A stretch of 63,908 nt of DNA, filler included, from an uncultured Synergistales bacterium (GCA_937897575.1; 10 parts of 10 records of this genome joined end to end with filler, not necessarily neighbours in it); one strand, 5' to 3'. Shown: positions 1 through 10,044, counted from the first letter of the whole stretch. The notes: generated by a model from the sequence alone, not told the origin. Translations and numbers: made by a program.

Positions 1-64
1 TTTTGCGGTACGGGAAGGCGGCCACACCGTCGGCGCCGGCGTCGTTACCGAAATCCTGGAATAG
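1..64 (+). CDS. tuf: Elongation factor Tu, 3' end only
   Basis: Frame from nt 2 reads FAVREGGHTVGAGVVTEILE*, the EF-Tu C-terminus; precedes rpmG-secE-nusG. Confidence 0.95.
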   Translation, partial: FAVREGGHTVGAGVVTEILE

Positions 65-87
65 AGTAGACCGAGGAGGCTCTTTCA

Positions 88-237
88 ATGGCGGATATCA
101 TAGGCATGACCTGCACCGACTGCAAGCGGAGAAATTACACGACCACGCTGAACAAGAAGAAACAATCGAAGAAACTCGAGCTCAATAAATTCTGCAAGTG
201 GTGCGGTAAGCATACCTTGCATAAAGAAAGCAAGTAG
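88..237 (+). CDS. rpmG: 50S ribosomal protein L33 (zinc-binding CxxC..CxxC type)
   Basis: Manual translation [56 protein letters not shown]; too short for the ORF track. Confidence 0.97.
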   Translation: MADIIGMTCTDCKRRNYTTTLNKKKQSKKLELNKFCKWCGKHTLHKESK

Positions 238-258
238 TGTAAAATACTCTCTGCTCGC

Positions 259-334
259 AGGTCCGTAGCTCAATTGGCAGAGCACTGGTCTCCAAAACCG
301 GGGGTTGCAGGTTCGAGTCCTGCCGGGCCTGCCA
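259..334 (+). tRNA. tRNA-Trp (CCA)
   Basis: Acceptor stem AGGTCCG/CGGGCCT, anticodon loop CTCCAAA, GGTTCGAGTCC T-arm, encoded CCA end; usual position before secE. Confidence 0.97.
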
Positions 335-368
335 TTTTTTTGTTGCTCACAGATAGGAGGCAACGCTT

Positions 369-551
369 TTGGATACTATCCTCACCTTCATAAGGGAGGC
401 ACGGGCTGAACTGAAAAAGGTGACGTGGCCTGGGAAACGGCAACTGGGGTATTCCACCCTCGTTGTGGTTATCTTTTCCCTGTTGGTGTCTTTATATCTC
501 GGCATCGTGGACATGGTTCTCACGGGAGTGTTCGCGAAGCTCTTGAGTTAG
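369..551 (+). CDS. secE: Preprotein translocase subunit SecE
   Basis: ELKKVTWP motif plus one TM helix; TTG start with AGGAGG SD. Confidence 0.95.
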   Translation: MDTILTFIREARAELKKVTWPGKRQLGYSTLVVVIFSLLVSLYLGIVDMVLTGVFAKLLS

Positions 552-643
552 TGATATGCGGTACTGCCGGTCCAGACAGGCAGAAGTACCCTTTATACAA
601 GAGATCGGCAGGGAGGTGAGGAGGTCGCGGACCTCCTTGGTGC

Positions 644-1189
644 ATGGATCGCATTGAAGAACGTCGCTGGTACATAGTGCAGACCTACTCCGGATACGAA
701 AACAGGGTCAGGGCGAACCTCGAACAGCGGATCGCCACTATGGGCATGGAGGACAGCATCTTCTCCATTCTTGTTCCCGTGGAGGAACGAGTCTCCGTCA
801 AAGACGGGAAGAGCAAAAAGGTCATCCGGAAACTCTTTCCCAGTTACGTTCTGGTTGAAATGCGTCTGAACGATCAATCTTGGTACGTTGTCCGCCATAC
901 CCCTGGTGTTACCGGCTTCGTTGGCTCGGGAAATCATCCCATCCCTCTCAGCGAAAGAGAGGTCCGGGAGATCATGGCCAAGATCGGGAAGGACCAGGCC
1001 AAGCCCAAAATAGAGATGAACCTTCGCGTCGGCGATACGATCAAGGTCAAGAGCGGCCCCTTCGAAGGACATGTGGGACCTGTGGTGGAGGTGCTGCCCG
1101 ACAAGGGAAAAGTGAAGTTTGCCGTCACCGTCTTCGGACGTGAGACCTCCGTCGAAACGGACTATACGGAGCTTGAAAAGCTCCAGTGA
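644..1189 (+). CDS. nusG: Transcription termination/antitermination factor NusG
   Basis: WYIVQTYSGYE, FPSYVLVEM, TPGVTGFVG, KOW motif, VFGRET. Confidence 0.98.
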   Translation: MDRIEERRWYIVQTYSGYENRVRANLEQRIATMGMEDSIFSILVPVEERVSVKDGKSKKVIRKLFPSYVLVEMRLNDQSWYVVRHTPGVTGFVGSGNHPIPLSEREVREIMAKIGKDQAKPKIEMNLRVGDTIKVKSGPFEGHVGPVVEVLPDKGKVKFAVTVFGRETSVETDYTELEKLQ

Positions 1190-1297
1190 CATATATGCAG
1201 AAAGAATGTGGCCGGACAGCGAGCCCAATCGCAGACGATTTTGGCTCCCTGATTCTGACCGCTCTTTCAGCGATGAAATGAGAGGAGATCGTACAGC

Positions 1298-1723
1298 ATG
1301 GCAAAGAAGGTAATCGGAGAGATCAAACTGCAGTTACCCGCAGGCAAGGCGACGCCTGCGCCCCCTGTAGGGCCTGCGTTGGGGCAGCACGGGGTCAATA
1401 TAATGGAGTTCGTCAAGCAGTTCAACGCCAAGACGGCCGACCAGGCAGGGCTTGTTATCCCGGCGGTCATCACGGTCTATGCAGACAGGAGTTTTACCTT
1501 CATCCTGAAGACCCCGCCAGCAAGCGTCCTGCTCAAGAAGGCTGCGGGGCTCGAGACGGCCTCCGGGGAGCCGAACAAGAAAAAGGTCGCCTCTCTGAAC
1601 CGGTCGAAGGTCCGGGAGATCGCCGAGATGAAGAAGGTCGACCTCAACGCCTACGATGTCGAGGCGGCCATGAGGATGATCGAGGGAACGGCCCGCTCCA
1701 TGGGCATTGACATAGTGGACTAA
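1298..1723 (+). CDS. rplK: 50S ribosomal protein L11
   Basis: [24 protein letters not shown]. Confidence 0.99.
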   Translation: MAKKVIGEIKLQLPAGKATPAPPVGPALGQHGVNIMEFVKQFNAKTADQAGLVIPAVITVYADRSFTFILKTPPASVLLKKAAGLETASGEPNKKKVASLNRSKVREIAEMKKVDLNAYDVEAAMRMIEGTARSMGIDIVD

Positions 1724-1738
1724 CGGATTCATGAAATT

Positions 1739-1767
1739 GTGGGAGGCCTCATCGGCCGTCTGACCAC
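1739..1767 (+). promoter_or_regulatory. Probable L1-binding mRNA element upstream of rplA
   Basis: GTGG-GAG-GCC..GGC..A-CCAC stem with internal loop next to the rplA SD; resembles known L1 autoregulatory sites. Confidence 0.65.
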
Positions 1768-1784
1768 GAGGAGGGACATGCGAA

Positions 1785-2498
1785 ATGGCGACGAAGCGCA
1801 GCAAAAGATTGACGGAAGCGGCAAACAAGGTTGAGAAGGGGAAGGCCTACTCCATGAAGGAGGCTATTGCACTCTTCAAGGAGACGGCGACGGCGAAGTT
1901 CGACGAAAGCATCGAAGTGCACATCCGACTCGGTGTCGACCCGAGGCACGCGGACCAGCAGGTGCGAAGCACTGTCGGTCTGCCCCATGGAACGGGTGTC
2001 ACCAAACGTGTGCTGGTGCTGGCGATGGGCGAGAAGGTCAAGGAAGCGGAGGAGGCTGGCGCCGACTTCGTCGGTGGAGAGGATCTCGTTGCGAAGATCT
2101 CCGGCGGATGGCTGGACTTCGACGCCATGATCGCCACCCCCGACATGATGAAGTCCGTCGGCAGGCTCGGCAAACTCCTCGGCCCGAGGGGCCTCATGCC
2201 CAGCGCAAAGACGGGCACGGTCACCTTTGAGCTCGACCACGCCGTGAAAGAGATCAAAGCCGGCCGGGTGGAGTTCCGGGTGGACAAGTTCGGCATCATC
2301 CACAATGCCGTCGGCCGGAAGAGCTTTACCGACGAACAGCTGTACGATAACGTCAAGACCATCTTCCAGGCTGTCATGAAGGCCCGCCCTGCGTCCGTGA
2401 AGGGGACCTACGTGAAGAGCTTCTCCATTGCGTCGACTATGGGGCCTGGAATCAAAATCGATCCCCAGACCGCCCAGAAGGAGATCGCGGCCGAATAG
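1785..2498 (+). CDS. rplA: 50S ribosomal protein L1
   Basis: [28 protein letters not shown]. Confidence 0.99.
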   Translation: MATKRSKRLTEAANKVEKGKAYSMKEAIALFKETATAKFDESIEVHIRLGVDPRHADQQVRSTVGLPHGTGVTKRVLVLAMGEKVKEAEEAGADFVGGEDLVAKISGGWLDFDAMIATPDMMKSVGRLGKLLGPRGLMPSAKTGTVTFELDHAVKEIKAGRVEFRVDKFGIIHNAVGRKSFTDEQLYDNVKTIFQAVMKARPASVKGTYVKSFSIASTMGPGIKIDPQTAQKEIAAE

Positions 2499-2534
2499 CG
2501 ACCTGTTTGTGACGCCGAACTGAATAGAATCGGA

Positions 2535-2660
2535 CGAACCAGAGACAGCGGGTCCGCAACGGACAATGGCGAAGGCCGCCCGCCGAGGCTTCGGAGAAGA
2601 AAGAGCGCGATAGCGCTTCTCTATCCCCCCGGCCCGGCGAGGCTCGGGGGTTTTATTTTA
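2535..2660 (+). promoter_or_regulatory. L10 leader (rplJ-rplL autoregulatory RNA) with attenuator hairpin
   Basis: CCAGAGACAGCGGG...CCCGCCGAGG core followed by CCCCCGG..TCGGGGG-TTTTATTTT terminator-like hairpin just upstream of rplJ. Confidence 0.8.
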
Positions 2661-2681
2661 TCGGGAAGGAGGTGAACAGAT

Positions 2682-3215
2682 ATGCCGGCAACAGTAAAAC
2701 TGGAACAGGTTCAGGAACTTCGGGAGAAACTCGCTCGCTCAGAGGCAGTTTTCGTCGCAGAGTACCGCGGAATGACCGTCGCCGAGATGACCAGGCTCCG
2801 TGCGCAGGTCCGGGCAGCCGGGGGCGAGATGAAGGTGGCCAAAAACACGCTCATGAAGATCGCCATGGAGCAGGAGGGGCTCACGGGATTCCCTGAGGAG
2901 ATGGCCTACGGCACGAACATCTTCGCCATAGCCTACGGCGATCCTGTCGAGGTTAGCAAGGCCCTTTCGACCTATGCCAACGAGAAGGCGAACAAGTTCT
3001 TCGTCCTCAAAGGCGGGATCCTGGGACACAGCGTCCTCGGCGTCGACCAGGTGAACGCCCTTGCAAGCCTTCCGGGCAAGGATGTGCTCATCGGTCAGGT
3101 TGTCCGAACCATTGCAGGGCCCATTTCCGGGTTCCTTACCGTCCTTTCCGGCCCGGCCAGAGGCCTGGTCACCTGTCTCAGCCAGATCAAGGACAAAAAG
3201 GAAGACGCAGCGTAA
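2682..3215 (+). CDS. rplJ: 50S ribosomal protein L10
   Basis: EYRGMTVAEMTRLR, KVAKNTL; AAGGAGGTG SD. Confidence 0.98.
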   Translation: MPATVKLEQVQELREKLARSEAVFVAEYRGMTVAEMTRLRAQVRAAGGEMKVAKNTLMKIAMEQEGLTGFPEEMAYGTNIFAIAYGDPVEVSKALSTYANEKANKFFVLKGGILGHSVLGVDQVNALASLPGKDVLIGQVVRTIAGPISGFLTVLSGPARGLVTCLSQIKDKKEDAA

Positions 3216-3275
3216 GAGTACGGCACCAGGAACACATTATGGAGTGTCTATCACCCATTCAAGGAGGAAAAAGCA

Positions 3276-3656
3276 ATGACCCGCGACGAAATGATAAAAG
3301 CCATAGAGGAAATGACCGTCCTGGAGCTCTCGGAGCTCGTCAAGGCCCTTGAGGAGAAGTTCGGAGTCTCCGCATCCGCTCCCGCCATGGCCATGCCCAT
3401 GATGATGGGCGCAGCACCCGCGGCGGCCGCTGCCGAAGAGGAAAAAACGGAGTTCGACGTCATCTACAAGGGTCCGGGAGCGAACAAGATCAACGTCATC
3501 AAGGTCGTCCGCGAGATCACCGGGCTCGGCCTCAAAGAGGCGAAAGAGCTGGTCGACAATCCGCCCAAGGCTGTCAAAGAGGGCGTCACCAAGGAAGAGG
3601 CCGAGGAGGTCCGCAAGAAGATCGCCGACGCTGGGGGCGACGTGGAGGTCAAGTAG
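3276..3656 (+). CDS. rplL: 50S ribosomal protein L7/L12
   Basis: [28 protein letters not shown]. Confidence 0.99.
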   Translation: MTRDEMIKAIEEMTVLELSELVKALEEKFGVSASAPAMAMPMMMGAAPAAAAAEEEKTEFDVIYKGPGANKINVIKVVREITGLGLKEAKELVDNPPKAVKEGVTKEEAEEVRKKIADAGGDVEVK

Positions 3657-3684
3657 TCCTCTCTCCGTCTTTTGCGATATACTG

Positions 3685-3713
3685 AAGGCGACGCCTCCGG
3701 GCGTCGCCTTTTT
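3685..3713 (+). terminator. Rho-independent terminator after rplL
   Basis: AAGGCGACGCC-TCCG-GGCGTCGCCTT-TTT. Confidence 0.85.
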
Positions 3714-3731
3714 ATGCGGGAGGCGGCAACG

Positions 3732-4601
3732 ATGATAATAGATGCCCATTGTCATATCTACCCGCCCGAGATCATCCGGGATGCGGAGCGCATAGCCCGG
3801 AAAGAGCGCTATTTCGCCAGGCTCATCGAGGGCAAGGTTCACAGATGGAGCACTGCCGAGGATGTCGTTCGGCAAATGGATGAGGACGGCATAGACCAGT
3901 CCTGGATCTTCGGCTTCGCCTTCGCCGACTTGGGACTTTGTTCCCTCTGCAACGACTACGTCATCGATGCGGTCGGGAAATACGGCGACCGTTTTGCCGG
4001 ACTGGCCGTGGTCCCGCCGCTTGCACGAGGTGCGGACGAGGAGATCCTGCGATGCCGCACACAGGGCCTCGTGGGCGTCGGCGAACTTTTTCCCCAGGGT
4101 CAGAACTTCGACATCACCGACGTTCGTCAGACCTGGAGGCTTGCCGGAATGCTTCACGAACTGAACATGTTTCTGCTCCTGCACTCAGCGGAGCCTGTGG
4201 GGCACGACTACCCGGGGAAGGGGACCGTCGGTCCCAAAGAGGCTGCGGAGCTCTGCCTGCACCATCCCGAGCTCTGCGTCCTTTTCGCCCACTTCGGCGG
4301 AGGGCTCTGGTTGTACGAACTCATGCCCGAGATGCGGCTGGCCCTGAGCAATGCCTACTACGATTCTGCCGCATGGCCCTGGCTCTATTCGCCCGATGTG
4401 CTTCCCGCAATGGTATCAGCGGGAGTGCAGGGTAAAATACTCTATGGTTCGGATTTTCCCATCCTCACACTTTCCCGGTACGAACAGCTTCTTCGGCAGT
4501 GTGGGCTTCCCGGAGAGATCGAAGAACGCTTCCTCTCGCGCAATGCCTTGTCCCTGCTGCATGGACGGGATGCCCTTCGAAACGATGCACCTCGCGCTTG
4601 A
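3732..4601 (+). CDS. Amidohydrolase family 2 metal-dependent hydrolase
   Basis: MIIDAHCH, GVGE, FAHFGGG, ILYGSDFP; start set at ATG 3732 after GGGAGG. Confidence 0.88.
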   Translation: MIIDAHCHIYPPEIIRDAERIARKERYFARLIEGKVHRWSTAEDVVRQMDEDGIDQSWIFGFAFADLGLCSLCNDYVIDAVGKYGDRFAGLAVVPPLARGADEEILRCRTQGLVGVGELFPQGQNFDITDVRQTWRLAGMLHELNMFLLLHSAEPVGHDYPGKGTVGPKEAAELCLHHPELCVLFAHFGGGLWLYELMPEMRLALSNAYYDSAAWPWLYSPDVLPAMVSAGVQGKILYGSDFPILTLSRYEQLLRQCGLPGEIEERFLSRNALSLLHGRDALRNDAPRA

Positions 4602-4656
4602 TCATTGTGGGGAATTGGACGAAAGAGAGATCACAGAGAACAGAGGAGGAAGAGAT

Positions 4657-5577
4657 ATGTTGCTGCGCGCGCTTTTGGTTATCGTCATGCTCCTTCAGGG
4701 ATCCGTCGCCTTCGCTTCGGAAATGAATGTTCAGACCGTTCCACTCGAACGAAACAACGTGAAACTGCACCTGCTGAACATTCAGCAGAAAGATTCAAAC
4801 GCAGGGAAACCGTTGCTCATGGTGCACGGACTGACCTACTCATCCCACGAGTTCGACGTGAACTACGGCGACTACAGTCTGGCCCGGTTCTTCGCCTCCC
4901 AGGGGTACTCCGTCTGGCTCCTCGATATTGCCGGATACGGCTCCTCCCAGCAGGTCGACGACGGTTTCATGCCCAACTCGGACTATGCGGCGGAGGATAT
5001 CGCCGCCGCAGCCAGGCTCATCCTCGAGAAATCCGGACAGAAAACCCTGGATGTTCTTGGCTGGAGCTGGGGGACTGTGACGAGCGGCCGGTTTGCCGCG
5101 AAGTACCCCGAGATGGTGCGGAAACTCGTCCTCTATGCCCCCATCGTCGCAGGGCTCGGCGCTTTTGATGTGACCGTGGCGTACAACCACAACACCTGGG
5201 AGCACGCGGCGGGCGATTTCCAGGTCAAAGAGGACAAGACCATCGACAACGAGATCACCGAACAGCCCGTCGTGGACACCTTTCAGTCCAACTGCTGGCG
5301 GTACGACGGCGAGAGCAGCCCGAACGGCGGCCGGCGGGACCTCCTCGTGGACGGCGCGAAACGCCTTATCCCCACGGCGTCCATCAAGGCACCGACCCTC
5401 ATCATTGTGGGCGACAAGGACCCCTACGTCTCCGTCGCTCTGTGCGAGGAGGCGAAGGGCACTCTGACGGCCGAAGGGTCACAGCTCAAAGTGATCCCGG
5501 GTGCCGGACACGCCATGATGATGGAGAAGCCCTACTACAAGGAGTTTCGGCAGACCATCCTTGATTTTCTGAAGTAA
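4657..5577 (+). CDS. Secreted alpha/beta-fold hydrolase
   Basis: Signal peptide (MLLRALLVIVMLLQGSVAFA), VHG, DIAGYGSS, GWSWG nucleophile elbow, GDKD, GAGH; GAGGAGG SD. Confidence 0.88.
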   Translation: MLLRALLVIVMLLQGSVAFASEMNVQTVPLERNNVKLHLLNIQQKDSNAGKPLLMVHGLTYSSHEFDVNYGDYSLARFFASQGYSVWLLDIAGYGSSQQVDDGFMPNSDYAAEDIAAAARLILEKSGQKTLDVLGWSWGTVTSGRFAAKYPEMVRKLVLYAPIVAGLGAFDVTVAYNHNTWEHAAGDFQVKEDKTIDNEITEQPVVDTFQSNCWRYDGESSPNGGRRDLLVDGAKRLIPTASIKAPTLIIVGDKDPYVSVALCEEAKGTLTAEGSQLKVIPGAGHAMMMEKPYYKEFRQTILDFLK

Positions 5578-5708
5578 GCCGGTGTCCGCGCGACGCGGTT
5601 GGAGGGGGGGCTCCCTGCAGCCGCGGCACACATTTTTGAACGCCGCTTAAGGCCTGAAAAGCGGATAAAAGAACATAAGCGGCAATATTCTTTTATTTTT
5701 TCCGAGCC

Positions 5709-5737
5709 TTGACCAACAGGTGCAATGCCGATATACT
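5709..5737 (+). promoter_or_regulatory. Sigma70-type promoter of tRNA-Val
   Basis: TTGACC-17 nt-TATACT with an AT-rich UP-like tract upstream. Confidence 0.8.
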
Positions 5738-5763
5738 ATCCGTTGCGTTGGTGAATCAGGGTC

Positions 5764-5838
5764 GGGCGAATAGCTCAGCGGAAGAGCATCTGCCTTACAC
5801 GCAGAGGGTCACAGGTTCGAACCCTGTTTCGCCCACCA
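5764..5838 (+). tRNA. tRNA-Val (TAC)
   Basis: GGGCGAA/TTCGCCC acceptor stem, TCTGC-CTTACAC-GCAGA anticodon arm, GGTTCGAACCC, CCA end. Confidence 0.97.
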
Positions 5839-5856
5839 GAAGCTTTTCAGTTTGGA

Positions 5857-5956
5857 NNNNNNNNNNNNNNNNNNNNNNNNNNNNNNNNNNNNNNNNNNNN
5901 TTAATTAATTAANNNNNNNNNNNNNNNNNNNNNNNNNNNNNNNNNNNNNNNNNNNN
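5857..5956. other. Artificial contig spacer
   Basis: N44-TTAATTAATTAA-N44 (stops in all six frames). Confidence 0.99.
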
Positions 5957-6644
5957 CGAGAGCATTCCTGTTCTCCCTGCCCTCACCCTTGGCGTGTCCG
6001 TGGTGTTTTTCTCTGGATACTGGGACGACATGAAGGCGCTGAACCCCTTCGGCCGCTTTCTCGCCCATCTGGCCTCGGCGGGGCTTTTTCTCCTCTTCGT
6101 CCCCATGCCCATGGGACACGCCCTCGTATGCCTCTTCTGGATCACGGGGATGACGAACGCCTACAACTTTATCGACGGCGCGAACGGGCTCTGCCTTCTC
6201 ATGTTCATAGCCACCTCCTGCATCCTCGCCCTCATGGGCGGCGGCCCCCTCTTCATCCCCATGGCCTGCCTCGCGTCGGGCATCCTGCCGTGGAACTTCC
6301 CGCGCGCCAAGACTTTCCTCGGCGACGGAGGGACGACCCCCCTCGGCTACCTCCTGTCCTCCCTGTTCATATACACCGTCGCTCCACGCATGCCATCGAT
6401 CCCCTTTCTCACCCTCCCCTTCCTCCTGCTCCTCATAGGGGGCATTCCGGTGTGGGACACCCTCTTCGCCATCGTGCGGAGGCTGTGGAGCGGCTATTCG
6501 CCCTTTCACCCAGACAGGGGGCATATTCACCACCGCCTTATGGACAGCGGGCTTTCGCCGTTCTGGACCGTCATGATCCTGACGGGACTGCAGATCGTCG
6601 TCGTGCGTCTCGGCGTTTTCCTCTTCACCCCCTATGCCCCCTAA
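5957..6644 (+). CDS. Polyprenyl-phosphate GlcNAc-1-phosphate transferase (MraY/WecA/TagO family), 5' truncated
   Basis: NAYNFIDGANGL, FLGDGG, PDRGHIHHRL; multi-TM; next to wecB. Confidence 0.9.
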
Positions 6645-6681
6645 TTTCGACACAGAGCGTGTCCATGACGAGGGAGAGACC

Positions 6682-7803
6682 ATGAAAAACATAACGTGCA
6701 TCGTTGGCACACGGCCTGAGGCCATCAAAATGGCTCCCGTCATCCTCGCGCTCCGGGACGACCGGTTCAGGGTCACCGTGCTCTCCACGGGACAACACTC
6801 CCACATGCTGCACCAGGCCCTCTCCACCTTCCGCATCACGGCGGACATCGACCTGTCGATCATGCAGGAGCGGCAGACCCTCGACGCCGTCACCGCCAAG
6901 GTCCTCCAGGGCGTGGGGTATTTTCTCGACCGAGCGGAGCAGGACCTCGTCCTCGTTCACGGCGACACGACGACCACCATGGCCGCGACCCTGGCGTGCT
7001 TCTATCGCCACGTGCCCGTCGGGCACGTGGAGGCAGGCCTCAGGAGTCACGACCTGGACCACCCCTTTCCTGAGGAGGCGAACAGGATCATTACGGACAG
7101 GCTTTCGACCCTCTGGTTCGCCCCCACGGAGCGTGCGGCGGAGAACCTCAGGAGAGAGGGGCTGCCCGTCACGGAGAATTCCCTCTTCATCACGGGAAAC
7201 ACCGTGATCGACGCCCTCCAGGCGACCATCAAACAGAAGCGCGAGCCCTCCGCCCACCTGCAGCGGGCGATGCGGCACCAGGGCCCCCTCGTCCTCATGA
7301 CGGCCCACCGAAGGGAGTCCTGGGGCAAGCCTCTGGAGTCCATATGCCACGCCATAGGCGACATCCTCGAGGCAAGGGCGGACCTTCAGGTGCTGATCCC
7401 CATGCACAAAAACCCCTCCGTCCGGGAGACGATCCAGGCGATCCTCGGACAGGACGGGCGGGTCACTCTCTGCGAACCCCTTGATTACCCCGACTTCATC
7501 TGGGCCATGAACCGGTGCGACCTCATCCTGAGCGACAGCGGCGGCGTGCAGGAGGAGGCCGCAGGCCTGAAAAAACCGCTCCTCGTCATGCGGAACATCT
7601 CCGAACGCCCGGAGGCCATGGAGCAGGGGACCGCCGAGCTCGTGGGGACGTCCAGGGAGAGGATACGGGAGGCGGCCCTGGCCATACTCTCCGACGAATC
7701 GTACCGGGAGCGCCTGCTGAACAGGGGGGCGAACCCCTTCGGGGACGGTTCGGCCTCGAAGAGGATCGTGCAGGGGATCCGGAGATATTATGAGAGGCGG
7801 TAA
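6682..7803 (+). CDS. wecB: UDP-N-acetylglucosamine 2-epimerase (non-hydrolysing)
   Basis: GTRPEAIKMAP, VHGDT, HVEAGLRS, PFPEEANR, DSGGVQEEA, NPFGDG. Confidence 0.97.
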   Translation: MKNITCIVGTRPEAIKMAPVILALRDDRFRVTVLSTGQHSHMLHQALSTFRITADIDLSIMQERQTLDAVTAKVLQGVGYFLDRAEQDLVLVHGDTTTTMAATLACFYRHVPVGHVEAGLRSHDLDHPFPEEANRIITDRLSTLWFAPTERAAENLRREGLPVTENSLFITGNTVIDALQATIKQKREPSAHLQRAMRHQGPLVLMTAHRRESWGKPLESICHAIGDILEARADLQVLIPMHKNPSVRETIQAILGQDGRVTLCEPLDYPDFIWAMNRCDLILSDSGGVQEEAAGLKKPLLVMRNISERPEAMEQGTAELVGTSRERIREAALAILSDESYRERLLNRGANPFGDGSASKRIVQGIRRYYERR

Positions 7804-7860
7804 AATCGTGGTATATTTACACATACGCGTTCCCAGCATGTGTACGGGAGGAGTTGCAGA

Positions 7861-9180
7861 GTGGAATCCAAACTGAAGATCACAGGGGGCGTCCCCCTGA
7901 ACGGCACCATTGAAGCGCAGGGGGCCAAGAACGCCGCCCTCCCCGTGATGGCTGCGGCACTGTTGCTCAAGGACGGAACCTTACGCCTTTCCCGTGTCCC
8001 CGATCTGCTCGACATCACGACCATGGCCGACCTCCTCCGGAGCCTCGGCGCCACGGTCACCTACCATGAGCACGGCATGGACATCGCTGTCCCGGAGCAG
8101 ATCTCCTGGGAGACACCTCCCGATCTGGTTCGCAAGATGAGAGCGTCATCCCTCGTCCTGGGCCCTCTTCTGGCCCGGTGCGGAAGGGTCGTCATGCCCC
8201 TGCCGGGCGGCTGCTCCATCGGGAGCCGTCCCATCGACCTCCATCTGAAGGGGCTCGCCAGGATGGGAGCAAGCATCGAGCTCGTCCACGGATCGGTCCA
8301 CGCCACGACCAAGGGGCTGAAGGGCAGTCGCATCTACCTCGACTTCCCCTCGGTGGGGGCGACGGAGAATCTCATCATGGCCGCCGTCTACGCCAAGGGG
8401 GAGACGGTGCTCGAGAACACGGCGCGGGAACCGGAAATCCTGAACCTCATGGAGATCCTCCGTTCCATGGGGGCCTCCATCGAGGCGGACGGTACGGGCG
8501 TCGTCCGCGTTCAAGGCGTTCAGGAGCTTCACGACGGAGTATCGGCGATCATCCCGGACCGGATCGAGGCCTGTACCTACATCCTCGCCGGCGCCGCCAC
8601 AAACGGGGAGGTCACCGTCCGAGGGGTCGTGCCGGCTCATATCGACTCACTGCTCGCGAAGCTCGAGGAGGCGGGCGCCTCCCTCACCATCGGGCAGGAC
8701 GCCGTCACCATCCATCCGTCGGGGCGGCTGAAGGGCGTCTCTCTCAAGACATTGCCCTATCCGGGGTTCCCGACGGACCTGCAGCCTCAGATCATGGCCC
8801 TCCTCTCCATGGCCGAAGGCGCCAGCATCATCCAGGAGAGCGTCTTCCAGTCCCGGTTCCTGCACGTCAGCGAGCTGAACAAGATGGGGGCCAAGATCGA
8901 CATCCAGGGCAACTCCTCCATCATCACGGGAGTGGGGGAGCTCGCGGGGGCGGACGTGGCGGCCACGGACCTCCGCGCCGGCGCCGCGCTCGTCATCGCA
9001 GGACTGGCCGCCAAAGGGAACACCTGCGTCCGCAATACGGGGCACATCCGCCGGGGGTACGAGAACATGGTGGGGAAGCTGCGCAGCCTGGGAGCAACGA
9101 TCGAGGCCGTCGAGGACGAAGGGGATGACGGGGACAGCGAGAGGAGAGAGAAGTCGGGCCTGCCTCGCCACACCTCCTGA
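7861..9180 (+). CDS. murA: UDP-N-acetylglucosamine 1-carboxyvinyltransferase
   Basis: GAKNAALP, MRAS, LPGGCSIGSRPID (Cys-type active site), SVGATEN, PGFPTDLQ, DLRAGA; GTG start after GGGAGGAG. Confidence 0.97.
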   Translation: MESKLKITGGVPLNGTIEAQGAKNAALPVMAAALLLKDGTLRLSRVPDLLDITTMADLLRSLGATVTYHEHGMDIAVPEQISWETPPDLVRKMRASSLVLGPLLARCGRVVMPLPGGCSIGSRPIDLHLKGLARMGASIELVHGSVHATTKGLKGSRIYLDFPSVGATENLIMAAVYAKGETVLENTAREPEILNLMEILRSMGASIEADGTGVVRVQGVQELHDGVSAIIPDRIEACTYILAGAATNGEVTVRGVVPAHIDSLLAKLEEAGASLTIGQDAVTIHPSGRLKGVSLKTLPYPGFPTDLQPQIMALLSMAEGASIIQESVFQSRFLHVSELNKMGAKIDIQGNSSIITGVGELAGADVAATDLRAGAALVIAGLAAKGNTCVRNTGHIRRGYENMVGKLRSLGATIEAVEDEGDDGDSERREKSGLPRHTS

Positions 9181-9201
9181 CCTCTTCTGCAAAGGGACGG
9201 C

Positions 9202-10044
9202 ATGGTGATCTCTCCGGACACGCCACTCAACGGAATACGAGTCATCGCCTTCGTGGGGCCGGCGGGCACCGGCAAGAGCCAGAGGGCTCAGATGGTCGCC
9301 CAGGCCCATGAAGTGGACTACATCATCGACGACGGCCTTGTCATAGCCAAGGGGCGCATCATGGCCGGGAAGAGCGCGAAGTCCGAGAAGAACCTCGTCC
9401 GAGCCATACGCCGGGCCGTCTTTGAATTTCCCGAGCATAAACAGACCGTCCGCGACTTTCTCCGGGCGAAGTCACCCGCCAAGGTCATGGTCGTCGCCAC
9501 CTCCATCTCCATGGCGGAGATCATCACCCGGGCGCTGGGTATCTCGTCGCCCGAGCGTTTTATCGACATAACCGAGGTCGCCTCCCCCGAGGAGATCCTC
9601 AAGGCGCGGCGGGAGCGGCACGAGAAGGGGCACCATGTGGTCCCGGTCTCCAGGACCCAACTCCGCAGGAACTTCGCAGGCACCCTCGTCGGGCACCTGC
9701 TCGACTTTTTTATGACGACGGACAGGGAGGAGCGGGAGAGGACCATCGTTCACCCGCCCTTTACCTTCTTCGGGACGCTGACCATCTCAACGTCGGCCAT
9801 CGCCGACATTGCCCGCCACGTCTGCCAGGCGAGCAGTCAGATCGCCGCGATCAAGGACATCAAGGTCCGGTCGAACGACGACGTCGTCTCCCTCGAGGCC
9901 AGCATCACCGTCCGGCCGGGGAGGCTCTCCTTCCTCCAGATCGGCACGGTCCATCAGAAGAAGGTGGCCTCGGCGATACGATACTATACGGGTATGGACA
10001 CGGACAAGGTGGACATACGCATTGTGGAGGTCGAATTAGAGTGA
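9202..10044 (+). CDS. Conserved protein with N-terminal P-loop and C-terminal Asp23/Gls24-like domain
   Basis: GPAGTGKS Walker A, IIDDGL; C-terminal ISTSAIADIA...IRYYTGM..KVDIRI resembles the Asp23 family. Confidence 0.7.
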   Translation: MVISPDTPLNGIRVIAFVGPAGTGKSQRAQMVAQAHEVDYIIDDGLVIAKGRIMAGKSAKSEKNLVRAIRRAVFEFPEHKQTVRDFLRAKSPAKVMVVATSISMAEIITRALGISSPERFIDITEVASPEEILKARRERHEKGHHVVPVSRTQLRRNFAGTLVGHLLDFFMTTDREERERTIVHPPFTFFGTLTISTSAIADIARHVCQASSQIAAIKDIKVRSNDDVVSLEASITVRPGRLSFLQIGTVHQKKVASAIRYYTGMDTDKVDIRIVEVELE

